A stretch of 24,854 nt of DNA from Paraspadella gotoi (lineage: Eukaryota; Animalia; Chaetognatha), in NCBI GenBank assembly GCA_051294375.1, contig JBJCIZ010000074.1:1-24854 (forward strand), written 5' to 3'. This document shows positions 1 through 10,593 of the stretch, piece by piece (the stretch's first letter is position 1; each line of letters starts with the position of its first letter). The notes under the pieces are model-generated. The model was not told the DNA's origin, made no database searches, and was given only the letters and a program-made list of their open reading frames with translations. The position numbers and the translations under genes are program-made.

Positions 1-107
1 CACTTCCGGTTCTGGTCACTTCCGGTTCTGGTCACTTCCGGTTCCAGTCACTTCCGGTTCTGGTCATGTCCGGTTCCGGTCACTTCCGGTTTGGGTCACT
101 TCCGGTT
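1..107. repeat. Tandem 16-bp repeat (CACTTCCGGTTCTGGT, ~6.7 units, cut by window edge)
   Basis: Units start at 1,17,33,49,65,81,97. Most carry CCGGAAGTG (ETS-like) on the minus strand. TGACGTCA (CRE-like) follows at 115-122. Confidence 0.9.
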
Positions 108-484
108 ACACTGATGACGTCACACATTTCGATACGATGACGCAATCTCAATATTTTTGGGGGAATCCCCTACTTCTGGTCTTAGTCATTCTATATATAG
201 ATTGATGACATCATTATTTCTGGGAAATACTAAATTTTTGTTTTTTTCAACAACTTTTCGATAACAACCACTTTCGACCTCAGTCAATTTGACATTTAGT
301 ATATTATCACGAATAAATTACACTATCTTACTAAAGAAATAACTAACTCGAACTTTTTAAAATAATAAATTATTAACATATCGAAAGACGAAAGCGAAAA
401 AATATATTAAATTAACGTAACAATCACAGATATTAAAAATCAAAATGGATCTCAACAAACCCCCAATGGAATTCAAGTAGTCAT

Positions 485-925
485 CGAATTCGAGGAAGCG
501 GAGCGAAGCGAAGCTTCGTCGAATTCGATTTAAAAAGAAATCTTTGATAGACGTGAAACTATTTATCACTGCTACAATAAGTACATTTCATATCACAATT
601 TATACATTTGTAAGGATACATATTAAGTATTTCATCACTTTTAAACCAAAGAAATTAAATCACGTCAGAGACATGAGTTTTTTGATGAGTCGTCGATCTT
701 CATATCGGGATCATCCTCTCCATTTATCTTCAGCGAATAAGGAAAGAACGTAAGTGTAGTGAAGCGAAGTGAGTGAGCTTCCCCCAGGCGAATTTGATTT
801 TATTAGATTTTAATAGACATAAAAAAACTATTTATCATTGCTGCAAGGAGTACATTTCATATTACAATTATCGAATCTGTAAGGATATATTTTTATTGCT
901 TTTAGCGATTAAATTAATTTGATGA
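485..925. repeat. Diverged direct duplication, ~270-bp period
   Basis: aaactatttatca..agtacatttcatat..tgtaaggata occurs at ~556-620 and ~825-890, each preceded by a gaagcgaag..gctt motif. Confidence 0.65.
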
Positions 926-1263
926 TAAATTTTTACTTTTTCATCCAGCTTAAAAATTTTATCGGGTTTTTTAAAAAGTCGAATATTTCCTTTCTATTTA
1001 TATTTTCCAGGTATGTACATATCTTTAAGGTGTGTATTTGCGCTAACTTTGCCTAAAATAGAATGTCAATCAAAATGTTTATTCTGTTCTAATCTATACT
1101 GAATAGAGTTGACAGCTTATCTATTATGAATGGATGTGTTTGTTAATGAGAAAAAGAGTGAAAGAGAGAGAAAGAGAGAGAGAAGAGGAAATCAACTGAT
1201 TAGGTTGATTTTAAAGTGAGTCGAGAAAAAACTTTTTTTAATCGATCGATCGAGAGAAATTAA

Positions 1264-1299
<36 letters not shown>

Positions 1300-1310
<11 letters not shown>

Positions 1311-1410
1311 GCTTTCTCTTATTTTTTTTACTCAGGATATTATGCTTCAATTTTTGAAAGTAAAGATCGAACTGTTTTCTTCGGAAAGGCGCCAAGAATT
1401 TTTAGCCTTT
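1300..1410 (+). pseudogene. Relic fragment of Polinton PolB (pyrimidine tract plus exon)
   Basis: 1336-1410 reads DIMLQFLKVKIELFSSERRQEFLAF, closely matching 15851-15925 of the PolB in this window. Confidence 0.8.
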
Positions 1411-1459
1411 TAATAACCAAACAACCATTCAACACATAACCTTATCAGTCATGTCCTGA

Positions 1460-1515
1460 CGCTCTCTCTCTCTCTCACTCTTTCTCTCTCTCTCTCTCTC
1501 TTTCTTTGCCCGCCG

Positions 1516-1570
<55 letters not shown>

Positions 1571-1652
1571 CTTTTCCGCCGTATTCTCTCTCTCTCTCTC
1601 TCTCTCTTCTTTGTCCGCCGTATCCTAACTCTCTCTCTCTCTCTCTCTCTCT
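1460..1652. repeat. Compound (CT)n minisatellite with three ttcttt.yccgccgtat cores
   Basis: Cores at ~1501, ~1568 and ~1607, separated by CT runs. Confidence 0.8.
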
Positions 1653-1819
1653 ATCACCAAAATACAATCAAAACAATCACCGAAAACAGAAACGCGAAAA
1701 TTGTGACATTAAGCACGAGAATATTAAGAAAGAGATAAACTAAAAGAATATTTCTTTTAAAAAACTTACATTATTAATGCTTACGTCACAGGCTTTTTTA
1801 TGTTTACTTTAATTTGAAA

Positions 1820-1866
1820 CCGTGATCATGTTTCAACTTTAATTCAAGTCTTCATCAGCACTTGTG
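1820..1866 (-). ncRNA. Minimal type I hammerhead ribozyme-like motif (degenerate)
   Basis: Minus strand CTGATGA-agacttgaattaaagtt-GAAAC-ATG. Core boxes are intact and stem II is gactt/aagtt. Confidence 0.55.
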
Positions 1867-1920
1867 AATCAATGAGTAATTTCACGTTACAGGAAATGTG
1901 TGTGTGTGAGATATATATAT

Positions 1921-1958
<38 letters not shown>

Positions 1959-2624
1959 TTTATTAGCAAAGATTTTGACAGTGGTTAAAGTTGAGATTTA
2001 TATTTCAAAAAAGAGAGTAGGAGACAAGAAGAGAGGAAAATAGTAAAGTTTTCCAATAAAGAATTGAGTAGAAGATAGATTTGATTAACAGCTGAAGGTA
2101 ATTGTGAGGACAGGATACAGAAATATTAACATTTGTTTACCTGAAATATTCTTCCAAATTTGGATTAAGTAATTTTTTATCTTGTAGATTTTTGAAAGTT
2201 ACTTAAGGAAAAAAGGGATTGTTTTTAAACACATTTACACCTTTTTGCCATAGTTTATGATGAAAAGTTGTGAGGTAATATTAACGCGATATAAAAGTTT
2301 AAAAACTTCAATTTTTGGAAATAAGAGTCAGACCAATTACGTTTTGGTAAGAATAAGCTAATTAGAAAGAGGACAACTTTATACTAGCTAATAAAATCCT
2401 TGTAAAAAACCAGCCAAAGTTTAAGACAAACCTCTCAAAGATAAGCTTCGATCTCAAAGCTAAGACTTAGGACTAGCCGACCAAATTTAAATTTTAATGG
2501 GAACAGCATTAAAGAAATCCACTATTGGAAATAGTTATTGTGTTGTTATGATTCTTTCTTTTCATTGCGTTTGAATTTTAAGGAAAAAACAGTTTTAATA
2601 TTCAACAACGATTGTATTTGACAA

Positions 2625-2675
2625 AAAAGTCGTACATGTTTTGACTCTGTCTTGAGAGTCTTCATCAGCGTTTAA
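2625..2675 (-). ncRNA. Minimal hammerhead ribozyme-like motif (GAAA box mutated to AAAA)
   Basis: Minus strand aaacg-CTGATGA-a-GACTCT caagac AGAGTC-aAAAC-ATGTA-cgacttt. Perfect 6-bp stem II, palindromic ACATGT stem III, GTA site. Confidence 0.65.
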
Positions 2676-2708
2676 GTGAACAACAATTTTTCTCTTTAAT
2701 GTTAGTTT

Positions 2709-2746
<38 letters not shown>

Positions 2747-2757
2747 GAGAAATAGAA

Positions 2758-2798
<41 letters not shown>

Positions 2799-3200
2799 TG
2801 AGCTCCTTCTTTACCTTTATTTTACTAACATCTTCACTTATCTATCCCATACAACTTATTTTCCCTTTCACACTTCATTCGTAATAGTTAACTAAATGAT
2901 TAATTTCATTGTTATTTTAGTTTAACATTAAGTTTGTCTATTTATTACTTTGTTATACATTGCCAAATATAACTATTTTCTCTGCCTCTTTTTTTTTTCT
3001 CTCTCTCTCTCCCTCAATTTTTTCACCTTTTAAGTTTCAACCAATTTGTCTTCTTCCCTGCCCTTACCTTCTCCTGTCCTCATATCTGACTACTGTCCTT
3101 TCTCAATTCTTTGGTGGAATCTCTCTCTCTATCTCTCTCTCTCTCTCTCTATTTCTCTATCTCTCTCTCTCCAAAACTAACATTAAAGAAAAAAATTGTC
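2625..3200. mobile_element. Penelope-like element 3' remnant with internal inversion
   Basis: 2683-2790 is the reverse complement of ~3120-3200. 2795-2900 matches the reverse complement of ~5745-5850. It ends in a hammerhead motif. Confidence 0.5.
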
Positions 3201-4883
3201 GATTTTTATGTTTTATTACCGAAAATTAGTAAAAACTATTAAAATTATCTTATAATGATGATGATGATGATTTTTTAATTTTTTTTTTAAATTTTGACCT
3301 ATTTATCATCAAAATATTGGAAATATTAAAAAATAATTACTAGTGTTTCAAGCCATTTAAAAAAATTTTGGTCCATTGAAGTTTTATTTGGGAAGGTTTC
3401 CAAATCAAATTTCTGACTCACCCAATTGACATAGATTGGCCCTTGCTAAGTCACGATCTCAATACTGAGTATTTACTTTAGGACCTCGAATTAAGCCAAT
3501 CAAATGAATGACTGACTAGGCGCCAGCGAATCACAGTGTGTTGTGTGATGCAAAAGTGGAATCACAGGTGGCTACAGATATTGAGGAATAAAAAAAGAAC
3601 AAAAGATTCAAATGATATTAGATTATGTCACGACTTTTCAAGTGCTAAGCGAATATCTAAGGGGAATGAAGGAGTCGAGGGAATGCTTTTAACCAACGAT
3701 AAAGGTACAAAGTGTTGAAAAATGATTAAATCAATAACAATCAGCTAAGCTATTTAATATAAACAGTGAGAATTCGATTAAATATTTATTATTTATTAGT
3801 AACAATTTTTTAGTATTTAATAATCTTGGATCTCCATGGAAACCAATAAACAAAATAAAATAAGGATTTCAAATGGGAGTGAAATGAAAGGATCAAATAC
3901 TGTGGCTAAATAATTTGTTATAGCAACTTCAGGTTTTGCACTCGGGTAGAAAAATCGCTGACGTTTTTTATTTTCCAACTCACAGTAGGCCATCTGGCTT
4001 ACTTTCTTAGTTATGGGCTCATCAATGGCATGGTCGAATTTCAAAAAAATTTTTTTGCATTTGAATAGGACCTTCTTATTATAAGATATATTTTTATAAA
4101 AAAAGTGAAATATTTAAAAATTTTGGTTCATCTTATAAATATAGACATTGGAGTATGTGTCTGAGCAATCAGAATGTCAAAAACTTTTTCACAACCACAA
4201 TCACAGCCATTTTCATTTTATAGGTTTTCTAGTTTTTTTTTACAATGAGTTTAAAATTGAATTATCAAATAAGAGGGGAAAATGTTGGGAAAAATGTTGT
4301 AAAAAAAGCTACTGGGAAGCAGGTGCACCAGTTGCTATGATGTAATGTATTATCAATTTGCTTTATAAGAACATAAACGTCAGGGAAGTTTCTAACTAAT
4401 GAAATGAAAAAATATTAATCACATTCAGTCAGTGAAGAGTTATAACAATTCTTTTCATTTCACTCCCATTTGAAATCCGTGTAATTGGAGGAATGGAGAT
4501 GCGATCGAGAGGAAGACAGAAAATCGAATGCCATGGCAACTGGAGGCATGAGGAGGAAAGGGCGAAAAGGAGGAGGAAGAGGAGGAATAAGTAGAATATA
4601 GGGAGGAGGAAAGGCAAAAGATCGAAAGATCGTGGAGGAATTTTGATAATCAAACTTTGTATTTAATCTTTATTTTTTATCTTTATTTAATCTTTATTTT
4701 TTTATTAAGAGAGTAAAACAAAGTTTTTGTGGTAACAACAATGAATGTTTATTAAAATCTGTACATTAGAGTGGAGCACTGTGGAACATAAATTTTATTT
4801 GAGAGATCAAACAAGGATATTTAGACGTGAGATAATATGATTAAGGAGTATAAAAAATATTTTGCTTATATTGTTTGGGGAAC

Positions 4884-5283
4884 AGTATCATTAATTACAA
4901 TATATTGATAGTAATATTCTTATAAAATCATAAATTTTCAAAATAATTTTTTAAAATTTTTATTAAAGATTCTGATTCTTCATAAAAGTTAGATCAAAAA
5001 TATAAAATATGTTATAAAAAATTTCAATGTCTTCAGCGTCAAAAATGAAAAAAAAGGTCAAATTCTCTATTTTTTTATACTTTGTAGTAAAAACTATTTT
5101 ATGATGAAACGTTTTGGTCATTTTTCGCAGCTTTAACATAAAAATATCATGTAACCTATTTAACAAAAGTTTTTCAGTTTTTTCCGGCGAATCCAAAACT
5201 GTTCTTAAAATTAAAAAAATATGATTTTGAAATTTATGATTTTATAAGGATATTACTATAAAAAAAATTCAATTAATGATACT
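4884..5283. mobile_element. MITE-like element with ~75-bp imperfect terminal inverted repeats
   Basis: agtatcattaatt..atagtaatattcttataaaatcataaatttt versus ..aaatttatgattttataaggatattactat..aattaatgatact. Confidence 0.65.
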
Positions 5284-5387
5284 ATTATGCATTTTTTTTA
5301 AAAAGGGCTTAATTATTTTATATTACATATACAAAGGCAGCAAAAAAACATTGTTCCATCGCTCAATCTTTGCATCACTCCACCCTA

Positions 5388-5432
5388 CTGTACATGTTTC
5401 TACTCGGTTTTAGAGTCTTCATCAGCGTTTGT
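5388..5432 (-). ncRNA. Minimal hammerhead ribozyme-like motif
   Basis: Minus strand aaacg-CTGATGA-agactc taaaacc gagta-GAAAC-ATGTA-cag. Both core boxes are intact, with a GTA cleavage triplet. Confidence 0.7.
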
Positions 5433-5850
5433 AAATTATAAAAAATCATTTTCACAAACATCAAGTTGGTGAGAGAAAGAGAGAGAGAGAGACAGAGAGA
5501 GAGGAGGGAGTTACCAACAAAGCGTTGAATAAAGGATAGTGGTCAGATGCGAGGACAGGTGAAGATGGGGACAAGGAAGAAAAGAGAGTGAATTTTAAAT
5601 TGGTGAAAAAAGGGGAGAGAGAGAGAGAGAGAGAGACAGTTGCAGAGAAAATAATACATTTAGTAATGTACAACAAAGATAAATAATAATAATATACTTA
5701 ACATAACAAAGAATTAAAAATAAAAAAGCTGATGTTTGTAAGGTTTTAGTTAATGAAATTAATTAAATTTGATATGGAAGAATAGGTTCTGAGGGATAGA
5801 TAAGGTGAAGATAAGTGAAACTAAGTAAAGAAAGAACTCAAAATGAGCTT
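5388..5850 (-). mobile_element. Penelope-like element 3' remnant (pyrimidine-rich tract, (CT)n, hammerhead)
   Basis: Same layout as, and sequence similarity to, 2625-3200. Confidence 0.5.
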
Positions 5851-6071
5851 CCCCCCGCGGGTAAGCAAATGAGGGACATTACTGATGAGCTCGATTCATA
5901 GGTCTGTCATAGGTTGAGAGGATATGGTAGTGGAGTTTGACAGTGATCCAGTTTGGTAGTGATCCACCTGGAAAGATGCCCATTGCCCAGTGCCACTCGA
6001 ATATCTCTTTGACCTGATAAGCCTGCCTGAAGGCCCTCATCTCACCTGACGGTGAGACGGGCGATTGCCTG

Positions 6072-6145
6072 TTCTAGCACCGAGTCGAAACATTTTTATA
6101 AAAATTAATTGTTGTTACCACAAAAACTTTGTGTTACTCTCTTAG
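6072..6145 (+). repeat. 3' half of hammerhead (ccgagtcGAAACat) plus downstream tail; inverted copy of tail at 4706-4770
   Basis: 6074-6093 resembles the stem II/GAAAC part of the 5388-5432 motif. ttgttgttaccacaaaaactttg..tactctctta is reverse-complemented at 4706-4755. Confidence 0.6.
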
Positions 6146-6434
6146 AATAAAACTTATAATGTAAAGAAGATCGAGGGGAAATTGAGAATAATTCCAATAA
6201 CTTAAAATCGTTAGAGGTTTTAAGAAGAGCCGTGTAAGGTTTTTAACATTATTATTTCAGTGAAAACTGGTTGAGTATCACGTTTACTATCAACAGTATT
6301 ATTGCTATGTGTAAGCAACCACGAGACAGAGAAGCAATAAAACTGCTAATTAAACCAGTAAAGGAGAGATAAAAAAGAAATAAGAAAAATAAAGAAAGAA
6401 GGATACATTTTAAAATTTTATCTTTTTTCTTCAT

Positions 6435-6465
<31 letters not shown>

Positions 6466-6500
6466 TTCACTCGCCTTCGTCTCTCTTTCTTTTTTTTCAG

Positions 6501-7400
6501 AAAATAAATGAGATCATAGACGACAACACATTTTTTCCCCGTCTCTACCAAGATATGAGGATATCGGGGGTATGATGAAACCCTATGAATTTTTCAACAA
6601 CTCAACCCCCCCCCCTTTCATTCATCCACGTCCCAGGCCTAATCCAAAAGCCGATTGGCACCAATGACGCCTCCTCCCGAAATACGGCTAATTGGAAACC
6701 TCTTAAACTCGATGACAATTTTTTTTGTCAGAAATTGTTTCTAGCGTTCACAATGAGACAAGGGGTTTTCGTTGTTTAGTTCATCAGCGGCGTCTCTGAC
6801 GATGAGCAAGCAGCGCCAAAGGCCGATTAGCGACCAAAAAAACTTTTCCCCTTCGTTCAAAGAAGATGAATCCTCTAAGGAAGCGACAGTCGCCGCGGCG
6901 ACAAAGGCGCTGAGATGCGAGAGGTCGAGCTTTTGCCCTCCATCTCCAATCATCTTCGTCTCCCCCTCTCCATCTTGAGGGCGTCAGCTCACGCTTTGAC
7001 AGCGTTTGCTCTCTCGTATCGCCTCAACGATTTTTGAGGATTGTGAGGAGACGAAGGGCGTCGTCTCAGAGAGATCAGTTTCGCCCTCTTCCATCGCCAC
7101 TATCTCCAGTTCCTCGCTCTCCGGTATCATTGACGATCGACGTTGGGACCAAAGACTCGTCGGAGAATGCGCGAACAACCCCGTCGATGCTACCTGGAGT
7201 AAAACGGGAGGCTGGGCTCGATCTTTCGGGAGATATTACGCGGGCCATTTCCTTGCAGTTTAAACCGTTAAACTTCACGCAGCTTTGGGAAAGCTAACTA
7301 TAAGTTCACCGCCACTACGCCCTATAGCGGGCTTTACCGGGGATATCATTGCCGGCATATCCCCGCCCTAATTCATGACGAGGACGAGAAAATGGCCCAC
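6501..7400 (+). pseudogene. Decayed CpG-rich coding relic, possibly a Polinton-derived gene
   Basis: Follows a polypyrimidine tract and CAG at 6498-6500. Long near-frame (KINEIIDDNTFF..GYRGYDETL*IFQQLN..PLSFIHVPGL) with many TGA stops compatible with CGA deamination. Composition resembles the Polinton genes. Confidence 0.35.
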
Positions 7401-7666
7401 TCTCTCTCTCTCTTTTTCTCTAAGTCTCTCGAACGTTCTTTATTTTTTTGGGGCTTCAAGGTATCGCAATGGCAATAACAATGAGGGTCACATATTTGAA
7501 TTTTTCTTCGCTTTCTTTTAATATATTTTTAATCACTACAGAAATATTAATGACGGAAAAAGTAAGAAAAAAATAAAGATAGAAAGAAAGAAAGGAATAG
7601 GGAAAAAAATAAAAGAAGAAAAAGATAATTAAAGAAGAAAGAAAGAAAGACAATATTGTATATTAA

Positions 7667-8273
7667 GGCGTAGTAAAATTTTTAAATTTAACTTAAATTA
7701 AAATTCTAAAAGTGAGGAACGAACAACATTATACTAATGAACATTTATGTATTAAAAAAATTTACAATAAATTTTACAATTTACGCAGTAGGCCATATTT
7801 ATACTAGTACTAAACCAATAAATGTTCAAATTTCAAAACATTTTTTTCTAAGATTTTTTTGCAGATTTGGATTCGTCATAAAAAGTTAATAAAAAGAAAT
7901 ATAACTCTTTTTGAAAAATTCCTTTATTAAGTGGGTCAAAAATTAGAAAAAGATATATTTTAAGCTGAAAATTAACTTTTTATATATTAAATATAGTTTT
8001 TTTAATTTTTAACCCACTTAATGAAAGAATTTTTAAAAATGATTTATATTTTCTATTATCAACTTTTGACGAGTAATTTAAATCTGCAATCAAAATTAAG
8101 AAAAGCTTATTTTAAAATTTTTTGATATTATAAGGATAGTATTATATATAAATATAGCCTACTGTAAAAATTAAAAAAATTTAAAATTAATTTTTTTTAC
8201 AAATTAATGTTCACTGATGGTATGTTGTTCATAATTGACTTTTAGAATTTTCGTATGTAACTTTCATTACGCC
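7667..8273. mobile_element. Fold-back MITE (~600 bp, near-palindromic)
   Basis: Ends ggcgta/tacgcc. Arms match in inversion (aacaacat/atgttgtt, cagtaggc/gcctactg, ttaagtgggt/acccacttaa). Confidence 0.75.
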
Positions 8274-8298
8274 TATGGTGGACTAAAATCCACCAACC

Positions 8299-9152
8299 CA
8301 CAGTGATCCAAAGGGCCTTAATTTCCGGATAAACCTCTCTTTTTTGGCAAAAACAACTTTTCTCGTATGCTGATTATCATAGATGCCCTCTGAGGTTGTT
8401 AGAAACGTTTCAGATAATAAAAAGTGATTTGAAAAAATATGGAGAAAAAATTATTTACCGCCAAATTTGGTTCTTAAAGAAATCATTTATGGTAGTTGAA
8501 CAACTTTTGATTTATAATTTTAACCCAACTTAATATTTTTTTCTTTATTATATTATAAGTAATAGGTGTATATTTGCTAAATATAAAAACATTAATTTAA
8601 TCTTTTTAAAAGCGCGTTAGGCAAATTAAGATCGGAAAATCGGTCAAAGAAAAGAATAATATGGTAATTTCTGAAGAATATCAAATTCTTTTTTATTATT
8701 TTTGGAATGAAAAGCATTTTTAAATTTTTCAAAAGGGCGGACAAATGCGGATGAGATTTAATTAATAACTGATTAGTAATAAGATGTATCATTAGGAACT
8801 AAATCTGGTTGATTGAAATCGGTTTAAATTCGATGAGTTTTTACTATGTTTTTCATATCATACATAGTGACATAATATAAAAATCTTTTTTTTATTTGTT
8901 AACAAACTAGACAAAGAGCTTTAATCATAACAAAGTCAAATAATTTTTCTCTTCCACCCATCTGGGTGAAACAAACCTTTTAAAGACTCACCCAAAATAG
9001 AGATTTGCTTATAACTCGAGAAAGAATAATTTTTGGAAACTTTTATCTTACATAAGACTTTGTACCATTATTATGGAAAGACCTAATATGCATTTATGCC
9101 CGTAAGTTCAGGTGGCTTTTATCCGGTTTTAATTTTTTTTTTGATCACTGTG
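8299..9152. mobile_element. Non-autonomous Transib-like DNA transposon
   Basis: TIRs CACAGTGATC..ccggataaa at both ends. 5-bp TSD CAACC at 8294-8298 and 9153-9157. The empty site is visible in the 3' LTR (~9571-9580). Confidence 0.8.
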
Positions 9153-9165
9153 CAACCGTTTATCA

Positions 9166-9238
9166 GCGGCCATTGGTGCCGGAGGCAAGTCATTGGCCTC
9201 CCAACCCAAAGGTCCGGGGTTCTAGCCCGGTGGCCGCC
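9166..9238 (+). ncRNA. tRNA-like cloverleaf inside the 5' LTR (not a bona fide tRNA gene)
   Basis: Acceptor stem GCGGCCA/TGGCCGC, T-arm CCGGG-GTTCTAG-CCCGG, anticodon-like loop CTCCCAA, 73 nt. Confidence 0.65.
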
Positions 9239-9587
9239 TAGCAGTTAAGAGGGACGGGGCGCTTAACCCGCCTGTAACATGGTGTTACAGCCTGATCCAA
9301 AGCTGAGGGACTGCTTATATCGAACGGTTCTGTCACTAACACATTACAATTATCACCGTCTCTTCATCGGTGAGCCCGACTTCCGAACACAACAGCAACA
9401 ACAACACTTTCAGGCGACATGCCTCAACCTGGCGATGCACTTTCCGCCAACAACGCATCAGGCGACATGCCTCAACTTGGTGACGCACTTTTCACCAACA
9501 ACAACAATTCACCGAAGAGACGCAACAGACTTCTCCCTATGGGAGGGGGAGATGTATGGTGGACTAAAATCCACCAACCGTTCATTA

Positions 9588-9660
9588 GCGGCCATTGGTG
9601 CCGGAGGCAAGTCATTGGCCTCCCAACCCAAAGGTCCGGGGTTCTAGCCCTGTGGCCGCC
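9588..9660 (+). ncRNA. tRNA-like cloverleaf inside the 3' LTR
   Basis: Near-identical to 9166-9238 with one T-stem substitution. Confidence 0.65.
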
Positions 9661-9854
9661 TCGCAGTTAAGAGGGACGGGGCGCTTAACCCGCCTGTAAC
9701 ATGGTGTTACAGCCTGATCCAAAGCTCAGGGACTGCTTATATTGAACGGTTCTGTCACTAACTCATAACAATTATCACTGTCTCTTCTCACCTTATTGTA
9801 TATTTTATATGTAGAAAAGTGTGTTATTGAGCTGGATATACATCTTTGATGGAA

Positions 9855-9895
9855 TAGAGTGCCGATGAAGACTTAAATTAAAATTGAAACAACAA
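9855..9895 (+). ncRNA. Degenerate hammerhead-like motif
   Basis: agtg-CCGATGA-agacttaaattaaaatt-GAAAC, the same subfamily as 1820-1866 with the core T changed to C. Confidence 0.4.
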
Positions 9896-10593
9896 CAACA
9901 ACAACTTTCTCAAAATAAATTGTTGTTTGCTCTAATTCAAACTTTTTCTCAATCCAAAACACAAAGATGCTAAGTAAGATTCTAAAAATTATAATTCATT
10001 TTGATCTAAAAACCTTGCTCTTCGTTTTACATATGCCTCCAGAGCGTATTGATCTCCAGGAATACCAATTATAATTATAATCTTAAAATATATAATTATA
10101 TTTTAAAATTATAAATGGTTATTTTTTAAACTCAAATTGTTGCCAGACAAGCAGAAATCTTTTGTTCGAGCTTTGACCAGATTTCCTTCCTCATTAGGCG
10201 CCCTCTCAAAACATTTGCACTTTTGCTCTCTGAGACAAAAGACAATTAAAATACAGTTCTCGGGAAGTTTGTATACAATATATTAGAAATAGAGTGAGAA
10301 AGAGATAGAGATACAAAGAGAGAGACAGAGAGAGAAAGAGAGACAGAGACAGAAAGAGAGAGATATATGAAAATAAAAAAGAGAGAGAGGTAGAAAGAGA
10401 GAGAGAAAAAGTGAGAGAGAGATAAAAATAGAAAAAAGAAATAGAGTGAAAAAGAGAGAGAGATAGAGAGATAGAAAAACTGAGAGATGAAAATAGAAAA
10501 AAAGAAATAGAGTGAGAAAAAGAGAGAGATATAGATTGAAATAGAGAGAGAGAGAGAGATAAAAATAAAAATAAAAAAGAGATAGGTAGACCG

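Larger units (their letters stand above)
8274..9790 (+). mobile_element. TRIM-like miniature LTR retroelement (5' LTR interrupted by other TEs)
   Basis: Direct repeats 8274-8298+9153-9366 and 9553-~9790 (~236 bp; TG start at 9553, CA end at 9366). PBS-like cggtgagcccgac at 9368-9380. PPT gggagggggaga at 9541-9552. The ~186-bp interior has a 48-bp tandem duplication (9410-9505). Confidence 0.7.

Noticed and set aside
1-107. CRISPR-like array
   Set aside because: Head-to-tail 16-mers without unique spacers, eukaryotic context, no cas genes.
3855-4480. Short inverted match (tttcatttcactcccatttgaaatcc) as an element boundary
   Set aside because: Only ~30 bp with no definable termini or TSD.
5881-6093. 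Hammerhead with a ~190-nt stem II insert
   Set aside because: The 3' part is better explained as a truncated copy of the 5388 motif; the upstream CTGATGA is probably chance.
1192-6551. Short ORFs rich in ER/SL repeats
   Set aside because: Translations of (AG)n microsatellites and AT-rich TE debris.
6755-6795. Minus-strand CTGATGA..GAAA hammerhead
   Set aside because: No stem II pairing; lies in coding-like sequence.
9166-9238. Functional tRNA-Gly(CCC) gene
   Set aside because: Weak D-arm, mismatched anticodon stem, off-register T-loop, and embedded in an LTR.
9300-9340. Hammerhead in the LTR (CTGAGGGA..CGAAC..GTC)
   Set aside because: Both core boxes deviate, stems I and II do not form, and the sister LTR has CTCAG.
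9900-10285. GIY-YIG endonuclease relic on the minus strand (IVYKLP.., ILESYL)
   Set aside because: Only two short motifs and no YIG/R core, so too weak to call.
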